Notes under the pieces: model-generated
What the model saw: the letters and a program-made list of their open reading frames with translations, nothing else
Told to the model about the DNA's origin: nothing
Databases searched by the model: none
Part shown: positions 1-10,584 of the stretch, piece by piece
Position numbering within the stretch: position 1 is the first letter of the stretch
Layout: every line of letters starts with the position of its first letter
Program-made: the position numbers and the translations under genes
Assembly: GCA_946965045.2 (NCBI GenBank)
Contig: OX337238.1
Coordinates: 3,162,001 to 3,226,000, forward strand
Reading direction: 5' to 3'
Length of the DNA: 64,000 bases
Origin: Epithemia pelagica
Taxonomy: Eukaryota; Protista; Bacillariophyta

Positions 1-900
1 TGTTGCCTCCAACAAACTGGGATGCATCGGTGAGACTCCAACCACCACCATGAATAGCACGCTACCACGCAATGGCGAAATCCAGATCGTTGTCCACTTC
101 TTTGCACATGAGCTGATGAGAACGAGAACTAGGTACTCCTAGACTCTTGCTCTTGTCCCTTTGTACAGCGTCCCTCTTCATCTTGTGTAGTTGTGTTGCC
201 TCCAACAAACTGGGATGCATCGGTGAGACTCCAACCACCACCATGAATAGCACGCTACCACGCAATGGCGAAATCCAGATCGTTGTCCACTTCTTTGCGC
301 ATGAGCTGATGAGAACGAGAACTAGGTACTCCTAGACTCTTGCTCTTGTGCCTTTGTACAGCGTCCCTCTTCATCTTGTGTAGTTGTGTTGCCTCCAACA
401 GACTGGGATGCGTCGGTGTCCACTTCTTTGTGCATGAGCTGATGAGAACTCGGTAGACTCTTGCTCTTGTCTCTCAGTATAGCATCCCTCTTCATTCTGT
501 GATGTGTTGCCTCCAACACACTGGGATACATCGGTGAGACTCCAAACATCACCATCAATAGCACGCAATGACGAACTCCAGATCGTTTTCCACTTCTTTG
601 TGCAAGCGCTCCTGACGTCAACTACCTAGACTCTTGATCTTGTCCTTCTGTATATCATCCCTCTTGATCTTCTGTCCATCCAACACACTGTGATACATCG
701 GTGAGACTCTACACACCACCCAAGGACAACAAAACAATCATCAAGAACAACACGCTACCACGCAATGCCGAAATCCAGATCCTTGTCCACTCTTAGGCGT
801 GCGCTGATGAGAATTCGACTCTTGATCTTTTGCATTGGAGCTGGTTTAGCCACAGTGGTTTTGGCTGGTGCCCTCTCTCTATAGCATCCAACAGACTGGG
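1..900. repeat. Degenerate tandem repeat, 193-bp unit with deleted and diverged copies
   Basis: Anchor tgttgcctccaaca recurs at 1, 194 and 387 (period 193) and at 505 (deleted unit); more diverged copies near 676 and 885. Confidence 0.85.
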
Positions 901-1075
901 ATTTGGACTCCACATACCACTCAAGATCGCAACAATCATGAAGAACAACACATTGTGCCCCGCGCAACGCTGCATGAACAATCGACAGGAGTGATTTCGA
1001 ACCATGAGGCGGTCCATTCTAGTTCCAATCGGGCGAGCTATTCACCATCATTTCTGGTTGCCAGTCATGGACGTC

Positions 1076-2776
1076 TCATCCCAGTTGTGGTTGTTGTTGT
1101 TGTCTTCGTTTGAGACAGGGATCTCGTTTCCACTGCTTGTTGAGAATGGATTGGACAAGGTAGGACCGGGACGAGACTGTCACCTCAGGAGCTTGGGGCA
1201 AAAAGTAATGGACCAACCAATGCGATGCATTGCGTGCTTGTTCCAACAATCCCCGACGCAAGGCATCAAAGCGTGGCGATTCACAAATATCCATGGTTGG
1301 ACGATGACGCGTCGTAGTAGTAGTGGTGGTGGTGGTGGTACGGTTGGTGGCAGACACGCCCGGTCGGAACCACGTGACCAGTGGATCCTGCTGGTCCGCG
1401 CTGGTCGTTGTAGCGGTTGTGGTGGTTGAAGTTCCAAAGGCATGTGTCAAACCCAAAAAGTGTTGCAAATCCGACAAAAAGGCTCGGGTCCGTTCGGCAT
1501 TTTGATTGTTCATTTGCGAGACTTCATACAAGAAAATGGGCCGATGTCGATGGGGATGCTGCTGTTCTTCCGAGGAAGCTGGTTGGAGTAGTGGATTGCG
1601 TTGTTGTTCTTGTTGTTGCAACAAGGTTCGTTGCAAGGATGGGGCAAAGCACGATTGGAGTTCCTCTCGGGTCAAATTGGTTTTGCCCAATCCTTGGGCC
1701 AAAAACAAGTGAAAAGTGGCCCGGTAGGTACAGCAACTGTACATGCCCTTGCGACAGCCTCCCACCAAGGATTCGGGCGGGGGCATGGGAAACCCATTGT
1801 GGACACGAAAGTTGTAAAAGGATTCAAACCACAAAATGGGATGTCGAAGTCCAATGACAAATTTGGTATCGGGAAAATACTGGGCATAGTGTGGCAAGGC
1901 CAAGGCGGTCGATTCCATATCGGCCGGACATTTCAATCCACGATGACGCCGGTCCAGAACTGTCGAGGAAGGCGGAGAGGCTAGCACTTGATCGAGAACC
2001 GTTGGAGGAGGCAGGTTCTTATCGGTGGCGGTGGAATTGGGTGGTACTACACCACCACCACCATCACGTACATGGGGCAGTACAAAGTGTGTGACCAAAT
2101 CTCGAATCAACACATCTTGTTGATTGTAGCCCAATTCGCAGCGTTCATCGACAAACATGTCGACTTGATCATGATCGTGCAATTGATACATGAGGGAGGA
2201 TGTTCCACATTTTGGAAACCCGACAATGGCAAAATTCAACAACCACGAAAGATTGGGCAGTGTCGTGGACTGTGTGGCAGTCACAACTGAGGAGTTGGAG
2301 GAGGAGGAGGCATTCTTTGGTAAAGGTGCAAGGATTCTTCCATATTCACGCGAGGTGATTTGAGACGTTCGTTCGGTATGGCGAAGGTCTTGGCTTGTTG
2401 TCGTTGGGTTCCACTCAGTGGTGATGGGAAACGAGGAAGGAGCCGAGGACGATTGGCCCAGTCGTTCGTGGAGCACCACCGCAATGGCTCCGACCAGCAA
2501 CAGTGCAACCGTCAAAAGGACCGCTAGGAATCCGTGCGATGATTGGCCTCTTCTTCCCACTGTCCTTGTTGGCGTCTGAAAGCAACCCGAGCGACAACGA
2601 CCTTGCTCCAAAGGAGAAGAAGCAGCAGACAAGAGCATGCCATGATTTCCTTGTGTGGATGAGGTGGAAGGTGACGAGGTTCCAACTCGTTTCGCAGTCG
2701 TTGTTGCTTCCCTCCGAGTCGTTGTCTTCAGGGAAGGTCGGCATCGATTCGTGGCTCTTAGTTTGGACTGGATCAT
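1076..2776 (-). CDS. Membrane-anchored (type II) PAPS-dependent sulfotransferase family protein
   Basis: 566-aa ORF with TM segment (FLAVLLTVALLLVGAIAVVL), 5'-PSB loop FAIVGFPKCGTSSL and 3'-PB motif KFVIGLRHPILWFESFYNFR. Confidence 0.85.
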   Translation of the reverse strand: MIQSKLRATNRCRPSLKTTTRREATTTAKRVGTSSPSTSSTQGNHGMLLSAASSPLEQGRCRSGCFQTPTRTVGRRGQSSHGFLAVLLTVALLLVGAIAVVLHERLGQSSSAPSSFPITTEWNPTTTSQDLRHTERTSQITSREYGRILAPLPKNASSSSNSSVVTATQSTTLPNLSWLLNFAIVGFPKCGTSSLMYQLHDHDQVDMFVDERCELGYNQQDVLIRDLVTHFVLPHVRDGGGGVVPPNSTATDKNLPPPTVLDQVLASPPSSTVLDRRHRGLKCPADMESTALALPHYAQYFPDTKFVIGLRHPILWFESFYNFRVHNGFPMPPPESLVGGCRKGMYSCCTYRATFHLFLAQGLGKTNLTREELQSCFAPSLQRTLLQQQEQQRNPLLQPASSEEQQHPHRHRPIFLYEVSQMNNQNAERTRAFLSDLQHFLGLTHAFGTSTTTTATTTSADQQDPLVTWFRPGVSATNRTTTTTTTTTTRHRPTMDICESPRFDALRRGLLEQARNASHWLVHYFLPQAPEVTVSSRSYLVQSILNKQWKRDPCLKRRQQQQPQLG

Positions 2777-3356
2777 TATTGGATCTGTAGTTTTCCATCA
2801 CTCGACCATTACGCAACAACCGCACTGAAGACCGTCATCTTCCCATTGTCTTCCTTCTCGGTTGTTGTGTCACACACGGGTGGCAGATGTCATCAAAGGG
2901 GGTCATTTCGAATTCCTCCCCTCCTCTCCCCCAGAAAGTCCGTCATCCTCTATGTGCGACCTCACGAGTCCCGGATGTCTCCGACCACTGGAAACCAGCA
3001 CGCGCGCTGTCCAAGGTCCATCTATGGTCTTGCGCCTCGCAAACTCCAAAGCTGTAAATCTCTATCCATTCTCCGATATAGCTGTTTCCGCAAAGGCTAA
3101 TCTACCGTTAAAGTGATGGAAAGACGTTATATTGATAGACACATGCATTTATCAATCACCCTCGCGCGCAAGATTCCTCGCCAACTCGGCGAGCGCAATG
3201 CCATTCGCCGACACGGAAAGCCACGCGCCATGGACCAACGCAACCGACACCACGGAAATCTATCAACCAGTTTCACTTTTTTGGATTGGTTGACTTTGAC
3301 AAAAGACATCCCACCCACACGTATAGCTAAAGAAGTAACAAGAAGGAATTGGAACC

Positions 3357-5105
3357 ATGTCTGGTGAAGTTGGTGCCAATGGCTGGTCCGGCTTTAAGGC
3401 CGTCTACTCGATCTGTTTGTTGATCTTCTCCATCATTGTCGTGATGGCCTTGATCTTTGACGAACAGACCAGTCTTTCGGAAGATGTCCATCCTGGTTTG
3501 GCCTTTGTGTTGATCTGGGTTGCCTTGCTCTGGTTGTCTCTTGTGGAAGGAGGACAAGCCTCCATGGTTGGTCTTCCCCCTATCGACCGTGAACTCTACC
3601 GTGACAGTCACCCTATTTCCTTCCGTATCTGCGACCACGGACACAAGGGTGATAACTTGGACCGTTACCTCATGGGTCGTCAATTCATGGTGTTGGCCTT
3701 GGTGTTCGTTATCAACTTGTCTGGAGCCCCTATTGAAGACGCTTCTGTGTTGAACCTTCCTGATCCTCTTGCCAATGCGTTCCTCAAGTCCGGTTTGGCC
3801 ATGATCCTCATGACTTGTATGATTGGTCAATTGAACACTCAAGTGAATGCCTCGCATTGCATGCTTGACTTTATCAATGACTGGGGTAACTGGTTCACTG
3901 TCAAGGTTGCCATGGCCATTGAAGCTTCTGGTTTGTTGCATGCCTCGTACTTGATCCAAATGATTGTCGCTGGATTGGCTGGCAAGCCCATTGAATCGAA
4001 CGAAGAACCCCGTGATGCTTTCATGAACATTTTGTTCTGGGGCCGTGTCTTGATGTCGGTTGGTATTTTGACGTTTGCCTTTGTTGCTACTTTTGCCGCT
4101 TTGTTCGATGGCAAGACTACGATGTGGGACGGTGTACCTGAAGTCGTTGCCGTTGTTTTGTTCTTCTTGTTGATGGCCGTTGTTGGTATGCTTGAGGGTA
4201 TGCAAATTGCCTTTTTCGCTGTCGCCAAGTTGACGGATGAAGAACGTAACTCGTCGGTGTGGGCGTCTCGTACATGCAACTTGTTGTTCCAAGGTGAAGG
4301 TCACAACTTGCCAGGATTCATGGTTGGTCGTCAATTGTGTGTCGTGTCTTGTTTCTTTGTGATTGCCCGTGTGACCTCCATGGATGTCGAAGACGGTGAA
4401 TCGAATGTTTTGGGTGTCTCGGATGGAGCCCAAGAATTCTTCAACACTGGTTTGTTGGGTGCCTTGATTACTACCATTGTTGCCTCCATCGCCTGGCAAT
4501 TGGTTGCTTCTGCCTTCCCCGTTGCCTTTTTGTCGACTCCCATTACCTACATCTTGCTCCGCATTTGTTTGTTCTTGGAGGCCACTGGTATTTGTACCGG
4601 TGCCTGGGTGTTGGCTGCCATCCACCGCAAGGTTGCTGGTTTCCAACGTGATGAAGTGTACGTTGGTACGGCGGAAGAGCGTCTTGCCATGCAACATGGT
4701 GACAAGCCTGCCCACCAATCGGAAGTCGGACACTTGGGTGGCGGTGCCTTCCCTGCCGGCAATAACTTGCCCATGGAACACTGGATTGCTGGTGCCACCT
4801 TTACCGAACGTCGTGCCCGTATTTTGACCAACATCAAGGATCTTCGTGCTTCCATGAAGGAAGCTTCTACGGATGAAGAGATTGAGCAATACGAGAACCA
4901 ATTGCAAGGTGAGATTGCTGCCTTGAAACGTGTCAACCGTGAAGAAGGCCAATCCTTCCGAGAAAGTACCAAGGGCAAGAACATGGACTTGGGTGACCTT
5001 GGTGAAGAGGAGGAAGAAATGGCGGACGAACACGAAGTCGAAGATGTCGAAGAACACGAAGTCGAAGATGTCGAAGAACAAGGAGAGGAAGAAATTGAAG
5101 GTTAG
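3357..5105 (+). CDS. SIT: Silicon (silicic acid) transporter
   Basis: 582 aa, about 10 hydrophobic segments, all four GXQ motifs (EGGQ, MGRQ, EGMQ, VGRQ), HCMLD motif, C-terminal coiled-coil-like region and acidic tail. Confidence 0.97.
   Translation: MSGEVGANGWSGFKAVYSICLLIFSIIVVMALIFDEQTSLSEDVHPGLAFVLIWVALLWLSLVEGGQASMVGLPPIDRELYRDSHPISFRICDHGHKGDNLDRYLMGRQFMVLALVFVINLSGAPIEDASVLNLPDPLANAFLKSGLAMILMTCMIGQLNTQVNASHCMLDFINDWGNWFTVKVAMAIEASGLLHASYLIQMIVAGLAGKPIESNEEPRDAFMNILFWGRVLMSVGILTFAFVATFAALFDGKTTMWDGVPEVVAVVLFFLLMAVVGMLEGMQIAFFAVAKLTDEERNSSVWASRTCNLLFQGEGHNLPGFMVGRQLCVVSCFFVIARVTSMDVEDGESNVLGVSDGAQEFFNTGLLGALITTIVASIAWQLVASAFPVAFLSTPITYILLRICLFLEATGICTGAWVLAAIHRKVAGFQRDEVYVGTAEERLAMQHGDKPAHQSEVGHLGGGAFPAGNNLPMEHWIAGATFTERRARILTNIKDLRASMKEASTDEEIEQYENQLQGEIAALKRVNREEGQSFRESTKGKNMDLGDLGEEEEEMADEHEVEDVEEHEVEDVEEQGEEEIEG
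5028..5080 (+). repeat. 24-bp coding tandem repeat in the SIT acidic tail
   Basis: gaacacgaagtcgaagatgtcgaa at 5028-5051 and 5052-5075, plus a partial third copy (EHEVEDVE x2). Confidence 0.9.
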
Positions 5106-5582
5106 ACTCTTCCAAGTCTTTCGTTGTCATTCAGTTGTAGCATGAGAGGAACGATTGTTGCAGCACTGGATGAATATGATATTTATATGTTTTAAAGTAT
5201 AAGTACGAGTTGATCTTTATATCTTAAAAAGTCCACTCATTACTCATAGTTAGAGGAATAGCTGAGGAAAACTATGTGATCTATCAAAATTAACCGGTCA
5301 GTTGGTCTTGCGTCTGTGCGTCGACCTCCATGGTTTGTGCTGCTGCTTCCAAGACAATGATATCGCACCGCAAGAGGAGGAGTTGCTACCGGGTGCAACC
5401 AGAACAGCCATTGCATACAAAGACTTGAACTGCTCACTAGTGTACTACGCTGATTGAGTTGAGAAAACTGTTGTCATTTGTTCTTATCGTTCTTCTTCTG
5501 GTGGACATTCCAAACTCTTGCCTACACTCCCAACATCTCGGTCACGCCTTGCGTATAGATTGTTTGACTGTTGTCACCAGAC

Positions 5583-5972
5583 ATGAGCGCCACGACGAGC
5601 GGCAAACGAAGTAGTTCCAGCAATGTGGGCGTCCCCGTCAAGCTACTGTACGAAGCCGAGGGGATGAAAATTACGGTCGAATTGAAAAATGGCGAAGTCT
5701 ATCGTGGATTGCTCGTGTCGGCCGAGGGCGAGACCATGAATGTGAGTTTGACCGATGTCTTGCAAACCTCGACGAATGGCAAGGTTCGGAAATTACCATC
5801 GTCCAGTGCCATTTACCTCAAGGGTACTTCCATTCGATTCATTGCCATGCCCGATTTGCTCAAACAGTCACCCCTCTTTGCCAAGGTGGCGACGCAAAAA
5901 CGAAAACTCGAACAAGAAGCGGCCCACAAACAGGGACTGTCCAGCCGCAGCAAAAAGAGAAAAGTAGAATGA
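5583..5972 (+). CDS. SmD3: Sm D3-like snRNP core protein (divergent, no RG tail)
   Basis: VGVPVKLLYEAEGMKITVELKNGEVYRG...IYLKGTSIRFIAMPDLLKQSPLF matches the SmD3 Sm1/Sm2 motifs. First ATG at 5583 (the track starts at TTG 5571). Confidence 0.8.
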   Translation: MSATTSGKRSSSSNVGVPVKLLYEAEGMKITVELKNGEVYRGLLVSAEGETMNVSLTDVLQTSTNGKVRKLPSSSAIYLKGTSIRFIAMPDLLKQSPLFAKVATQKRKLEQEAAHKQGLSSRSKKRKVE

Positions 5973-6559
5973 ACGCAACAGAAAGGGACGACTGTTTGAT
6001 GGAATGTGGGAGCAGCATATATATCCATTGCTTTGGGGTTTGGGTGTATAGAATATCGCTAGATTTGTGTTTCAAAAGACGGACGACCAGAGAAACAAGT
6101 GTGGCAAGGGAAATTCTAAAGACTGAGGACCAATGGTTCTTCCAGAGACGGATGGTGAGTTTCTCCTAGTAGCCTGTCATCATGAACACTAATGATACCA
6201 TTGCCTCATGGTCCATCCTCCGAGATTCTCTCAAGACACAAGCTGTAACTAGGAGTCACTGGAGTCTTTCGTTCTATCCGCAGACACACTCAAGTTTTCG
6301 TAGCAGTTGTATCCTCGAATTGCAGGTCGACGAGATCCTGCAGTCGTAGTATTTGATGCGCCCATTTGGTTGGATCGTGCAGCTCCATTCCAACGACACG
6401 CACCAGAATCTCCGGAACTTGGAGAACGGATGAATCACCTAGTGCATCGTTCGAATCCGACTGACCTTTTGGTCTACGAAATACCAAAGGAAGATATAGC
6501 AATAAGATAGGAACCAAATGTACACTAGGATTGATTGAAATAATAGTATAGACAAACAC

Positions 6560-7550
6560 CAACCGGACCCCACATTCACCAACTTGGATCGGTCCAACGA
6601 TTCCATCCCACACAAGGCCATTCATGACTCGCGCCATGCCAGGAAACTCCAATCTTCTCACAGTTATTCCGATAACGCGATCGTAAACGTTGGGTTGCTT
6701 TCTTGGAAGGAACGCATGGTTTGGCTCTTCTCTCTGGATTCAAAATGGTAGAGCTTTTGCCGTGCCTGCGTTTGTCCCAAGAGTTTCCATAGGAACCATA
6801 TATATATATAGTGTTTCCGAACTGTGGATCCCCCTCCATTCGGTTCCATTGGTTTGTGATTTTTATCAAGATTGTCTTGTTTGTTCCAGTGAATGCTTCG
6901 TGACAACTACAAGGGTTTGGATCGCGGCAATTTGGGCAAGTAAATGCCAAATCTCTTTTTGCAGGCGACTCGTTGGGCACTGAATTTGTCATCGGGCGAA
7001 AATCGAGCGGGATGCGCACTTTCCGTCACTTTACCATCCTTGGGAGATTCCTTCTGTCGGTTGTAGGCCAACAATAAACATAATATATTGTCGCGCATTC
7101 CACCACCGTGAGAACCACAAAGAGCCGTCGTCGTCGTGGGTGTGTATGGATTCGAGTCATTCCGGGGAGAGAGAGAGGGAAACGAAGAATCGTTTTCCGA
7201 GAGCAAAAAGGATCATATCAAGAAAGAAAATGAGAAAACAGCCTTCTCCTCATCCTCAAGGCGGCGACACATGGAGGCTCTCGACCAAACGTCTGTCTCC
7301 AGGCCAACCACTATATATATCTTCTCGTACCTTGAGCGTATAGACTCGATTTCCTTCGTCGTCCAAGTAGTACATGAGATGCATGATTGGGTATTGGGTT
7401 CTTGGTATTGGATGAAGTATACCGTATACCGTCCGCCATCATTGTGTGGACCATATGCAACAGAGGATCTTTTGTATCCGACGTCAGACAGACCGACGAG
7501 CGAAAACGCGACCCCTCATACGGGACCAATCGAGGCGTGACTGAATCTGC
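6560..7550 (-). repeat. Left arm of ~1-kb inverted duplication (partner ~10585-11630)
   Basis: The reverse complement of 6930-7060 aligns with 11095-11250, 7490-7550 with 10585-10650, and 6563-6610 with 11560-11630. Confidence 0.85.
6907..7384 (-). CDS. NOP10: H/ACA snoRNP subunit NOP10, 2 exons (7384-7331, 7053-6907), 66 aa
   Basis: Spliced product [18 protein letters not shown]|[48 protein letters not shown]; GT-AG intron 7330-7054; [12 protein letters not shown] signature. Confidence 0.93.
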
Positions 7551-7947
7551 TATGCCGCTTACCCTCTCTAGAAAGACCACAACCACAACGGGCAACTTGT
7601 CCATGGGAAAAAGACTTGAAATCGGAACCAATCACCCCTCAGAGACAATATACTGGGTTTGGAAAGAAGCTAGGACAAACGCTACACACGTACATTTCAG
7701 GACCTACAAACTAGGTTCTATGGACACAAGAGACAGATATATTATTACTTTCCATGTAGTTAACGAAAACTATGCAAACGACTATAACTATTCAAATAAA
7801 CTGGATTCTTCCCGAGAGATGCATTTGGTGTTGAGTGCTTGAAGTGGCGACATGGCGAGACGTACATAATGACCAACGAGATGGAGAGGTTTGTTGTAGC
7901 ACATGACCAACGAATGTCGCTTGCACTTCTTCTCCTTCTTATTGTGG

Positions 7948-10158
7948 TTATTCGATCCGATTGATGAGCACCGCGGGAGTCGTCGTAACATCTTGATCTT
8001 CCACGCTAATGGCCTGTTGAAGATTGTCCCCAAATTCAAACCCCGTCTGGTCAATCGTAACGGAATATTCTCCGTGTGGCACAGCGTCAAACAAGAATTC
8101 ACCATTCGCATCCGTGGTCGCCATCCAATTGTTATCCTCATTCGTGGAATCGACCAAGGTCACAGAGACACCGCCCAAACCTCCATCCGTGGTTCCATCG
8201 CCCTCGGTTTCGTCCACCAAGACGACGCCTTCCACACGGAATACTGTGCGCATCAATTCCACCGCAAGGTCTGTCACGTCGCCGTCGGTTCCGAGAATGG
8301 TGGCATCTCGAGCCACCACGATATCCAGTTGTTGGTTCACGCCTGCATCCAGGGTAATGAACCGCGAGGTCAACGTGCCGTCGCCCTTGTCGTCCTTGGA
8401 TCGAAATAGGGACAAGGTGTCTCCCACGGGCCGGAGATTTCCGGGCAATCCAGTCAGGACGACAATGTACTTGCTGGGTGGAAGTGGGTCCATGATTTGG
8501 TATTGGCCTTCGGCAAAGGTCGTGGTACCGACCATGTATTGTCCCCCCAAATTGAACAGGTCCACCGTCACTCCGTCAATTCCCTCTTCGCCCGAATCCG
8601 TCAATTGGACCACTTGGCCTTGCAAAGAGGCTGGCACAATCGTCACATCCTCCTGTTCCAGCACTTGTCCCGGTGTCAAAGTGACCGACTTGGTACCTAA
8701 TTTGGCATTACTGCCATCCGTGGCAAAAAACTCGACCAATGAGGTTCCGGGGGGCAAGGCAATGTCAAATTCTCCCGATGTTCCAATCCGACCTTGCCGT
8801 ATGGTAATTCCATCGGCCCACGTGGCCACAGAACGACCCGGGACGGGGTTTTGGTTGGTATCCTGGAGTGTGCCTTGAACGGTACCGGGTTCAAACCAGC
8901 CCACTCGCTCGTGCCGGTGTTCCGTCAAGACAAAGACGCCCGTCGTAATGACCTGTTCCTTGGTCGTGGGGTCGGTTTGCCAGGTCACGGTTGTGTCCCC
9001 CGAGGTCGCCAATTGGTATTGGTCGAGGGTTGCTTGCGAGGCCGCAACATTTAGACTATACCGTTGGTTCACGGGGAATTCGCCCAAATCGGCATAGCCT
9101 TGATTGGCGAGAATCACGGTGGCCTGGATTTCTTGCGTGGGCGTGTCCAGAGCCACCAATTCCACGGTAATCTCTTGGGGAAAGGCTCGATCGTCCGAAT
9201 TGGTACTGCCGTCAAAGACAAAATTGCCATTGGTATCTTCATAGACAAAGACGGTAATGCGCCGCCGTCCCGAATCCACCGGAGGCGGGGGCAAGTGAAA
9301 ACACTCATTTTTGGTAATGCAACATTCGACGGCGGCATGCGTCCAGGTATCCGAGAGACTGGCATCGATGAGGCCACCCGCGGCCTGCAAGGCCGCCACG
9401 ACGGCCAAGAGACCATTGTCGGTTTCACTCGATCCATTCGGTTCTCCGGTTTGCCACAAGAGAGCGGCCGTGTCGTCGTCGGATGCGAGACGACGACCCG
9501 TCGACGAGGTGATCCATCCTTCTTGACACAGCTTGGCAATCAGTTCTGCGTCCGCCGTGCCCGATAGAACGGCTTGCTGACAGGCATGAGCTTGCCAATC
9601 GTAGCGTTTGCGCAGTCCCACGGCAATGGGCGTGGTTTGGTCGCCGGCCAAGAACTTCCACAATTGCAATTGCGACGGCGTGACAATAGGCGCCAAGAGA
9701 CAATGGGGCAAGAATTGGCTCAACCAGGCACTCCATTGTTCATGGGTAAAGCCAGAATCGGAAGGACAGTGATGCTCGGTGGGAATGTGGGACAACCACG
9801 ACACGTGGGGATGCACCGTAGTACTGTCCACATGACAGGGCAGGACGTCGTGATGAATCACACCGCCACAGGGACACTGTTCTTGTGGTTGATGATTTCC
9901 AAAAACAGCAACATCCAACACCCACCAATCCGAACCACATTGGACACGTACACATGTGAGAAACCACTTCCAAACAACAACAACAATCGAATGAACCACT
10001 TTGGGAAAAGCACAACACAAAACAACAACAGCCACATGGAGTGCACTTGCCTCGTGATCGTCGTCCTTGTCGTATTTCTCCGAGCTACTACTACTACTCG
10101 CAGGAACCAGACTGCAGCTGAATAGTAGCAGTACGAGTAGTAACAGAGACGACACCAT
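7948..10158 (-). CDS. Secreted protein with tandem SdrD-B/Cna-B-like (prealbumin-like) beta-sandwich domains
   Basis: Signal peptide MVSSLLLLVLLLFSCSLVPA (ATG 10158, in frame with the 815-aa ORF), Cys-rich N region, GRRLAS, then repeats such as ITVFVYEDTNGNFVFDG, GIDGVTVDLFNLGGQYMVGTTT and GGVSVTLVD...ATTDANGEFLFDAVPHGEYSVT. Possible GC-AG intron at 10050-9877. Confidence 0.7.
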   Translation of the reverse strand: MVSSLLLLVLLLFSCSLVPASSSSSSEKYDKDDDHEASALHVAVVVLCCAFPKVVHSIVVVVWKWFLTCVRVQCGSDWWVLDVAVFGNHQPQEQCPCGGVIHHDVLPCHVDSTTVHPHVSWLSHIPTEHHCPSDSGFTHEQWSAWLSQFLPHCLLAPIVTPSQLQLWKFLAGDQTTPIAVGLRKRYDWQAHACQQAVLSGTADAELIAKLCQEGWITSSTGRRLASDDDTAALLWQTGEPNGSSETDNGLLAVVAALQAAGGLIDASLSDTWTHAAVECCITKNECFHLPPPPVDSGRRRITVFVYEDTNGNFVFDGSTNSDDRAFPQEITVELVALDTPTQEIQATVILANQGYADLGEFPVNQRYSLNVAASQATLDQYQLATSGDTTVTWQTDPTTKEQVITTGVFVLTEHRHERVGWFEPGTVQGTLQDTNQNPVPGRSVATWADGITIRQGRIGTSGEFDIALPPGTSLVEFFATDGSNAKLGTKSVTLTPGQVLEQEDVTIVPASLQGQVVQLTDSGEEGIDGVTVDLFNLGGQYMVGTTTFAEGQYQIMDPLPPSKYIVVLTGLPGNLRPVGDTLSLFRSKDDKGDGTLTSRFITLDAGVNQQLDIVVARDATILGTDGDVTDLAVELMRTVFRVEGVVLVDETEGDGTTDGGLGGVSVTLVDSTNEDNNWMATTDANGEFLFDAVPHGEYSVTIDQTGFEFGDNLQQAISVEDQDVTTTPAVLINRIE

Positions 10159-10249
10159 TCTTCCTCCACCAGTCCTCCTTGGACGACTTGCTGCTGCTCT
10201 GGTCCTCCTCCTTATTCTCTGGTGATGATTGGGATGGTGTAGGAACTGT

Positions 10250-10299
<50 letters not shown>
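10250..10299. repeat. (GTC)n microsatellite
   Basis: About 16 near-perfect GTC units. Confidence 0.9.
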
Positions 10300-10302
<3 letters not shown>

Positions 10303-10584
10303 TCTAGAGGGGGAAACTGCCAACGTACGCGTTGGGTCTCTCTCGCTCTGGTGTTTGGTGGCCCCGCTCCCGTGTGGTGGTGGTGGTTGGCACACCCTGT
10401 TTTTTTTTTAAGAGAGAGTGTTGTGGTTGTTGTCGTATTATTAGGTAGTTGCAAGGATGTGAGAGGATCGTGTTCGCGGTGTGTGTCCATGGTGAAATTT
10501 TTTGGGAGGGACGCCTTTGGTTCGGTTGAGGGGTGTGAACGGAAAGGAGCCGGCGTTGGAGAAGGGTCCCCCGGCGTGCGTCCA

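Noticed and set aside
3327-5081. 584-aa antisense ORF over SIT
   Set aside because: Codon-register shadow of a codon-biased gene; no recognisable domain. The same applies to antisense ORFs over the 815-aa gene, SPDS, CDC14, DUF6824 and the EF-hand gene.
6290-6906. ORFs downstream of NOP10 (NGLVWDGIVGPIQVGECG)
   Set aside because: Partly shared with the inverted copy, but frames are not conserved and no start or splice model could be supported.
7054-7330. snoRNA in the NOP10 intron
   Set aside because: Some blocks are conserved with the pseudogene intron, but I found no convincing C/D or H/ACA box arrangement.
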